In this document: piece after piece, positions 36,228-40,833 of the stretch | Layout: each line of letters starts with the position of its first letter | How positions within the stretch are numbered: position 1 is the first letter of the stretch | Origin: Candidatus Bathyarchaeota archaeon | GTDB taxonomy: Archaea; Thermoproteota; Bathyarchaeia; 40CM-2-53-6 | Reading direction: 5' to 3' | DNA length: 40,833 nt | NCBI GenBank assembly: GCA_005883085.1 | Contig: VBAY01000033.1 | Coordinates: forward strand, 1-40,833 | The notes under the pieces: model-generated | The model's database searches: none | Told to the model about the DNA's origin: nothing | The model's input: the letters and a program-made list of their open reading frames with translations, nothing else | Program-made: the position numbers and the translations under genes

Positions 36228-36897
36228 TTCTGGGTTAGCACTCTCTTCCAGGGTCTTCTTAATCGCGAGGGAAAGCTCCTGAGTTTGCCGTTAATATTCT
36301 TGTGGTTAGAGGTACTGAGAAACGTCGAGAGAAAAAAACTAAGCCGACTGCAACACGTCTGCTATTTCCAACCAGATGTTCAAGGTGCTTCCACTAAACG
36401 TAACCGGGCGATTATTGGCCTCTTGACGGACCATTGCCTACCTGATAGCATCTTGTCCGTGATCCATCGAGGTAATAAGGGTGAACCCGTTCTCTTGTAT
36501 CGCAATATTCGCCGAAACGTGTCGCCCTCATATGATGTCAGAACGTCACTGGCGGATACGTTCACTGATGCTTGGGTACCAGAGCAGTTGGCACTAGCCA
36601 GAAGCGAGGAGTTGAGATCAAATGAATTATTGAAATTGGTCCCAGTTAGGGCGAAGGTCATTACCCCATTATACTCGCCTCGGAACTGAACGATAGCACA
36701 CCCGGAGATCGACTCAGTGATAATACCGAAGAACAGGGGCCCTGCGCTCTTGACCCAGAACTCTTGGATCTCACAGTCTAGTTATTCAGGGTCATCTTGT
36801 ACACGAAACGAGTCATGGTCTATCTGCAATATCACAATGTTGGATTGCGCTGCAGGACATGGCTGATCACCAGGCGAAGTCTTCGTTTTTCATGCAC

Positions 36898-37665
36898 CTA
36901 GTTTCGGGCAATAGTCGCAAACAAGTGGCGGGCATCAAGCCATCGGCTCACATATTTTCTCTCTCTAAGATAGTCCTCGAGTGCCACTTTGGTACTTTGG
37001 TCGTCTACCTCTATCACCCACCTGAGAATCCTTCCGGCCCGTATGCTCATCTCAGCACCCTTGATCACTTTCCACTCTGCACCCTCTACGTCCACCTTCG
37101 CGAGGTCCACTGTTTCATTTACTATTGAGTCTAGCTTGATTGTCCGAACAGGTAGTTGCTGGGTTCCCCCCTTCTTCATGATTGAATGTTCGCCCCTTTT
37201 CCTCTGAAGGTGCAGTATGGCCGTTCCATCCGTGTCTGAGACAGCCTCGTTCCGTGCAATAACATTGCGGAGCCTGCCAGCGGCGATAGTGGACTTCAGC
37301 ATTGCCAAATTTTGGGGATGAGGTTCGAAAGCAAGTATGGTTTCAAAATTCTTCGAGAGAATCGCAGTGTAGTAACCGATGTTAGCACCTATGTCAAGGA
37401 AGATTTTTCCTTTTACGCCAAGAACCGCTTGGGTTAATTCTTTCTCGAATGAGTATCTTGTTCTGACATCTATCCATGTTCTAACGATTTCCGGAAACTT
37501 GAGCTTCTCAAGGTAGTCGCATGTCGAAGCAATGCCTCCTTCGAAGAAGACTCTGTAACTCTCCATCCTGCCGAGGAGTAATCTAGATATTCTTCTAAGG
37601 GCTAGGTAGGGCATTACGAGAATCACAAAGGCGATGTTGAGTCTCATTTCCAACTCCCAGTCCAA
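36898..37665 (-). CDS. FkbM-family SAM-dependent methyltransferase
   Basis: FLDIGANIGYYT...AFEPHP...KVDVEGAE pattern typical of the FkbM family, with an N-terminal hydrophobic segment. Confidence 0.75.
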   Translation of the reverse strand: MDWELEMRLNIAFVILVMPYLALRRISRLLLGRMESYRVFFEGGIASTCDYLEKLKFPEIVRTWIDVRTRYSFEKELTQAVLGVKGKIFLDIGANIGYYTAILSKNFETILAFEPHPQNLAMLKSTIAAGRLRNVIARNEAVSDTDGTAILHLQRKRGEHSIMKKGGTQQLPVRTIKLDSIVNETVDLAKVDVEGAEWKVIKGAEMSIRAGRILRWVIEVDDQSTKVALEDYLRERKYVSRWLDARHLFATIARN

Positions 37666-37797
37666 CCTCCACTGCCCTGCACACTAATGGTGGTCCTTCC
37701 GTGTTGGCGAGGAATCCCCGTTTCGGGTCTGGGACTATTATTCTTGTGGCTGGTCTTATCGGGAGGACCCGTGCATGATGACATTCTATGCAACAGG

Positions 37798-38451
37798 CTA
37801 ATCCCGAGAATGCTTTCTCTCAACGAAGGCGTATCCGAGAATAACGCCCCAGATCGTTCCAAAACCTAACACGGCCAAGGTATCCAATCCAGGGACGAAA
37901 TACAGATGATTGAAGACAATCAGCCAGAAGGTCACGAGTAAACCGAAGTAAATGTAATTGTGTTGGTGACCGACCGCTCTCTGAGTATATCTCAAGACTT
38001 GGATAGGCAAACCAATGGGAAACTTCGCCATTGGCGCCAGAACCAAGAATAGCCAACTCACTGGCGCGAGTACTATCAGCCAGTTAATGCTGGCATTCCA
38101 CGGCGCTCGGAGCAACTGAAAAGTTCCCATGAACGCGTAGGCGATGAAGAAGGTGAGTCCTAAGACTTGGCTGTACCAGAGGAAGGCGATGTCGATCAAG
38201 GCCAATACTGTTATCCAGAGTCGTCCGCTGTATCTCACCGCGCGTACTATTGGTACATTGATAGCGTACCAGATCAAACCGTAGGGGACATAGGAAAATC
38301 CAGGGTCATACCTGACAATCTTTCGCAGGTTGGATAGGCCCGGGAGAATGTAGAATGTTATGTCTTTGTGAACCGGCCGTCTGAGGATCCAAACAAGCCG
38401 GAAGATAGTTACGAAGATGATTGTGGCTATGATCTCCAGCGTCAATACCAT
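37798..38451 (-). CDS. polytopic membrane protein (hypothetical)
   Basis: 217 aa with about 6-7 hydrophobic helices and many aromatic residues. No recognisable motif. It lies between the two FkbM genes. Confidence 0.5.
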   Translation of the reverse strand: MVLTLEIIATIIFVTIFRLVWILRRPVHKDITFYILPGLSNLRKIVRYDPGFSYVPYGLIWYAINVPIVRAVRYSGRLWITVLALIDIAFLWYSQVLGLTFFIAYAFMGTFQLLRAPWNASINWLIVLAPVSWLFLVLAPMAKFPIGLPIQVLRYTQRAVGHQHNYIYFGLLVTFWLIVFNHLYFVPGLDTLAVLGFGTIWGVILGYAFVERKHSRD

Positions 38452-38517
38452 TCAGTTGTCCCTAGAGGTGGCGGGAGCTCCGGTGTCTTTAGCCTTTCAA
38501 GTCATGACTTCAAAAGT

Positions 38518-39183
38518 CTAGCTGCACAACAACCAGCTCTGCATCTGATTGAATCTATTCTGTTGTCTGATTTCTTTGATCGTATAATCGTAGGATTCGA
38601 GTAATACTCGGATTCTTCTGACTGACTCTGGGTTATGAGTCTCAATTACAAGCCGTGGTTTTTGTTTTAGAGTTTCCTGAGCCCCCTCAAGTACTGGAAG
38701 TTCATTTCCTTCCGTGTCAATCTTTAGTAAGGATGGTTTGAGCTTAAAGCTGTCAAGCGTACGCATCGGGACGATATCTCCTTTCTTGCCGTTCTGACGC
38801 CCGCCTGCAATCGGCATTTCTCTTTCCGTGTTTGAGATCGCTGCTGCGATCACAATAATGTTGGGAAGCTTGTTCAGTTTGACGTTCGTCCGAAGTATCT
38901 TGTTGGCTGTGGGGTTGGGCTCGAAAGCTATTACTTGGCGGAAACTCCGTGTCGCTCTGAGAGACCAGGTCCCTACGTGAGCTCCAACGTCAACGAAGAG
39001 GTCCCCCTTGAATGGGTGGACTAGAGATCGTAGCCAATCTTCATGAGTCATAGGAAAATTTGTCCCTCGGACGTACCAGACAAATCCATCAGCTCTTCGT
39101 AGGCCGGTGATCCAGTTCGCTCGATATCTCGGACGGACTAGGACACGTATAGCATGTAACGGAGTCCGACGTCTATCTGCCAT
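38518..39183 (-). CDS. FkbM-family SAM-dependent methyltransferase (second paralogue)
   Basis: FVDVGAHVGTWS...AFEPNP...KIDTEGNE pattern. Length 221 aa. Confidence 0.75.
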   Translation of the reverse strand: MADRRRTPLHAIRVLVRPRYRANWITGLRRADGFVWYVRGTNFPMTHEDWLRSLVHPFKGDLFVDVGAHVGTWSLRATRSFRQVIAFEPNPTANKILRTNVKLNKLPNIIVIAAAISNTEREMPIAGGRQNGKKGDIVPMRTLDSFKLKPSLLKIDTEGNELPVLEGAQETLKQKPRLVIETHNPESVRRIRVLLESYDYTIKEIRQQNRFNQMQSWLLCS

Positions 39184-39242
39184 GGTATCACGAGCTTCTG
39201 CGCCCTCATTCGTGCAGCCATATGACCGAAAAGGTTGGCTAG

Positions 39243-39515
39243 CTAGCTTGTGTTATGGAGTTTTGTCCCGCAGTTCTTGCAGTACACCGCTTCTGCAGGG
39301 TTGTCAGTATTACATGAGATGCAGATGTTCCGATTGTCGATGGGTCTGGGAATGGTAAACGTTCTGTTCGCTCCAGCGTAAAAATTGAATTTGTCTCCGC
39401 GCTCGCATCTGAACCTTGAAACTTGGTATTGTTGAAATCTCCATTCTCTTTCTGGCGGGCCGGATACTTCGACTCCGCATTTTGGACAGCTTATGCTCAT
39501 AGATTCCCCGAACAC
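39243..39515 (-). CDS. double zinc-ribbon protein (hypothetical)
   Basis: CPKCG near the N-terminus (with a lone Cys in RFRCERG) and a C-terminal CISC...CKNCG ribbon. About 85-90 aa, depending on the start (39515 or 39500). Confidence 0.5.
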   Translation of the reverse strand: MFGESMSISCPKCGVEVSGPPEREWRFQQYQVSRFRCERGDKFNFYAGANRTFTIPRPIDNRNICISCNTDNPAEAVYCKNCGTKLHNTS

Positions 39516-39573
39516 TGTTCAGGGTCAAATCTGATATTTAAGATGAGAGACTCACCAGGCTGTCGCGATGCCT

Positions 39574-39747
39574 TCACGGTGAGACTTCTTCGTCCCACGA
39601 TCCTATTTCTGAATTCTCCAGCTCGGTAACGACCGCATGCATCTTTCCTACCGTCATGCCACCGTCAACGGCAACTTCGAAGACGCCCAGCATGAATGGT
39701 CCGGCTCTTTTCAGCCGAAGCTCTTTGATACCCTCCACCTGGTGCAT
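39574..39747 (-). CDS. 57-aa ORF resembling the C-terminal cytoplasmic domain of cation-diffusion-facilitator transporters (stand-alone domain or gene remnant)
   Basis: Below the ORF-track size cut-off. My translation is MHQVEGIKELRLKRAGPFMLGVFEVAVDGGMTVGKMHAVVTELENSEIGSWDEEVSP. It fits the CDF C-terminal pattern (gV..vh.LR.R..G....v.vhi.vd..m.v.eaH.i...ie). No transmembrane part is present upstream. Confidence 0.3.
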   Translation of the reverse strand: MHQVEGIKELRLKRAGPFMLGVFEVAVDGGMTVGKMHAVVTELENSEIGSWDEEVSP

Positions 39748-39802
39748 ACCAGATTTAAGACGAGTCTAAAAGACAGTTGCAGAATCGAGCCTCCTAACGT
39801 AA

Positions 39803-39912
39803 TGGCGCCGGGGGTGGGATTTGAACCCACGAGGGCCTAAGGCCCATCGGATCTCCGCAACCAGCAATATGGCTTAGCAATCCGACGCCCTACCAGGCTA
39901 GGCGACCCCGGC
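39803..39912 (-). tRNA. tRNA-Ser (anticodon GCU) with a 22-nt intron at the canonical 37/38 position and encoded CCA
   Basis: Reverse complement folds as a cloverleaf:
- Acceptor stem GCCGGGG/CCCCGGC.
- D arm GCCU-AGCCUGGUA-GGGC.
- Anticodon stem UCGGA/UCCGA with loop UUGCUAA, interrupted by AGCCAUAUUGCUGGUUGCGGAG (39853-39874).
- Long variable arm UGGGCCUUAGGCCCUC (class II tRNA).
- T arm GUGGG-UUCAAAU-CCCAC.
- Discriminator G, then CCA. Confidence 0.9.
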
Positions 39913-39939
39913 CAACCAAGCTGAGACAAAATGATCGTC

Positions 39940-39945
39940 TAATAA
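39940..39945 (-). promoter_or_regulatory. TATA-like box (TTATTA on the minus strand) upstream of tRNA-Ser
   Basis: AT-only hexamer 28-33 nt upstream of the mature tRNA 5' end, which is the expected archaeal TATA position. Position-only evidence. Confidence 0.35.
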
Positions 39946-40105
39946 CTGTTCAACAACACAATATCACTTTCAAACAGGGCATGACCGCCAGCGAACTTCC
40001 CGCATAGGCAAGAGTTGAAACAAAACTGAAGACCCAACCCCTTCCTCAGGTAAGATCCAGCATGTCAGCCGCAAGGATATCTCGCGAGAGCAGGGAAAGC
40101 GAATA

Positions 40106-40833
40106 ATGGTCCAGCCACACGAGACGGTTTCAGCATCACGGCGGTTGAGCATCCTACTTATCGCGCTTTCCATTGCATCGCTAGTATCAATTTCGCCTAG
40201 CATTTTTCACTCTGTTCATGCCGCAGGACTTGTCTATGTGGATCGTCCGACGACGGCAGCAGGCTCTGCGGGTACAGTTGTTACAGTACGAGTACAGGTA
40301 GCTGGTGTGGACCCTTTCAATGGTTGGGATATGCAGGTCGAATCCAATCAGTCTGTGATCAGTCCCATATCTCTGTCAATAACAGGGAACGGCCTCGAAG
40401 CTAACTACAGCGAGAACGTCCTTGAGATAGTGAGTTGCATAAACGGCGTGAGTTATACCACGAGCCACTGCGACTCGTCCGACGGACCTGGCATTGTGCA
40501 TTCTGCAGCAGTTGCTCACCAAGTCAATCCTCCAACCATTGGTTCCGTCTACGGGTTACTCTTTACAATTAATTACACAGTGATTCGCATAGGGTTGTAC
40601 AGTCCCATACAGATTCTGAGAGCCATCATCCTCAACGGCCAAGATCCCGTCTCGGTAACAACCCGTGATGGAACCTACGGCATCCCCTTTGGTCAAGGCT
40701 TCAGCCTGACAGCCTCCCCGGATTTTCCGAGAATAGCGATAGGGTCCAAAGCAAATGTCACATTTACTGTTTCAAGCTACGGCGGCTACGCTGGAACAAT
40801 AGATCTTACCCTAGGAACACAGCCTCCCGGCCT
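40106..40833 (+). CDS. secreted protein with cohesin-like beta-sandwich N-terminal domain (partial, runs off the window)
   Basis: Absent from the ORF track because it is edge-truncated. ATG at 40106, open to the window end. Signal/anchor RRLSILLIALSIASLVSISPSIF..VHA is followed by GSAGTVVTVRVQVAGVDPFNGWDMQVESNQSVISPISLS. The domain call is tentative. Confidence 0.55.
   Translation, partial: MVQPHETVSASRRLSILLIALSIASLVSISPSIFHSVHAAGLVYVDRPTTAAGSAGTVVTVRVQVAGVDPFNGWDMQVESNQSVISPISLSITGNGLEANYSENVLEIVSCINGVSYTTSHCDSSDGPGIVHSAAVAHQVNPPTIGSVYGLLFTINYTVIRIGLYSPIQILRAIILNGQDPVSVTTRDGTYGIPFGQGFSLTASPDFPRIAIGSKANVTFTVSSYGGYAGTIDLTLGTQPPG

Noticed and set aside
36102-36689. 195-aa plus-strand ORF
   Set aside because: It overlaps the 5' end of aglB in antisense and then runs through the gap. 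The translation is low-complexity with no motif. The minus strand shows better, though decayed, coding-like signal.
39970-40203. 77-aa minus-strand ORF between tRNA-Ser and the secreted-protein gene
   Set aside because: It overlaps the 5' end and signal-peptide region of the better-supported plus-strand gene (40106 onward). It has no motif and no plausible promoter context.
1-40833. Scan for CRISPR arrays, IS elements or transposases, integrases, toxin-antitoxin pairs, restriction-modification or other recognisable defence genes, rRNA, SRP RNA and RNase P RNA
   Set aside because: I found no repeat-spacer arrays, no DDE, tyrosine or serine recombinase motifs, no recognisable defence gene signatures, and no matches to the conserved cores of these RNAs by eye. 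The negative result is limited by having no search tools.

Overview
Archaeal chromosomal window, about 52% GC, with no rRNA, CRISPR array, transposase or integrase. All function calls come from motif recognition on the supplied and self-made translations; no database search was possible.

Content, left to right:
- A class V aminotransferase, truncated at the window edge, and a DRG-type GTPase.
- A compact four-gene threonine operon on the minus strand (thrB-thrC-hom-lysC).
- A mixed envelope, stress and secreted block: zinc-ribbon protein, HtpX-like M48 protease, membrane proteins, UbiE-like methyltransferase, MFS transporter, MsrB, MBL hydrolase, S53 sedolisin-like peptidase, a 12-blade NHL-repeat protein, Lhr helicase, GcvH, HAD nucleotidase and nitroreductase.
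- A helical-protein/SPFH-zinc-ribbon gene pair.
- A 14-gene co-directional information-processing cluster (Csl4, RpoL, HAD, RNase III-like, DUF99, TFS, PCNA, PriL, PriS, GINS, L44e, S27e, aIF2-alpha, Nop10).
- AglB oligosaccharyltransferase with two FkbM methyltransferases, an intron-containing tRNA-Ser(GCU), and a partial secreted protein.

Most noteworthy:
- A two-copy, roughly 120-nt intergenic element with an identical 18-nt core and a covarying hairpin.
- Two conserved genes (GINS and HAD) whose recognisable N-termini lie upstream of any ATG, GTG or TTG.
- An uncharacterised archaeal SPFH (YdjI-type) module.
- An EF-hand loop inside the HtpX-like protease.

I see no clear defence or mobile system. 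Most of the window is housekeeping.
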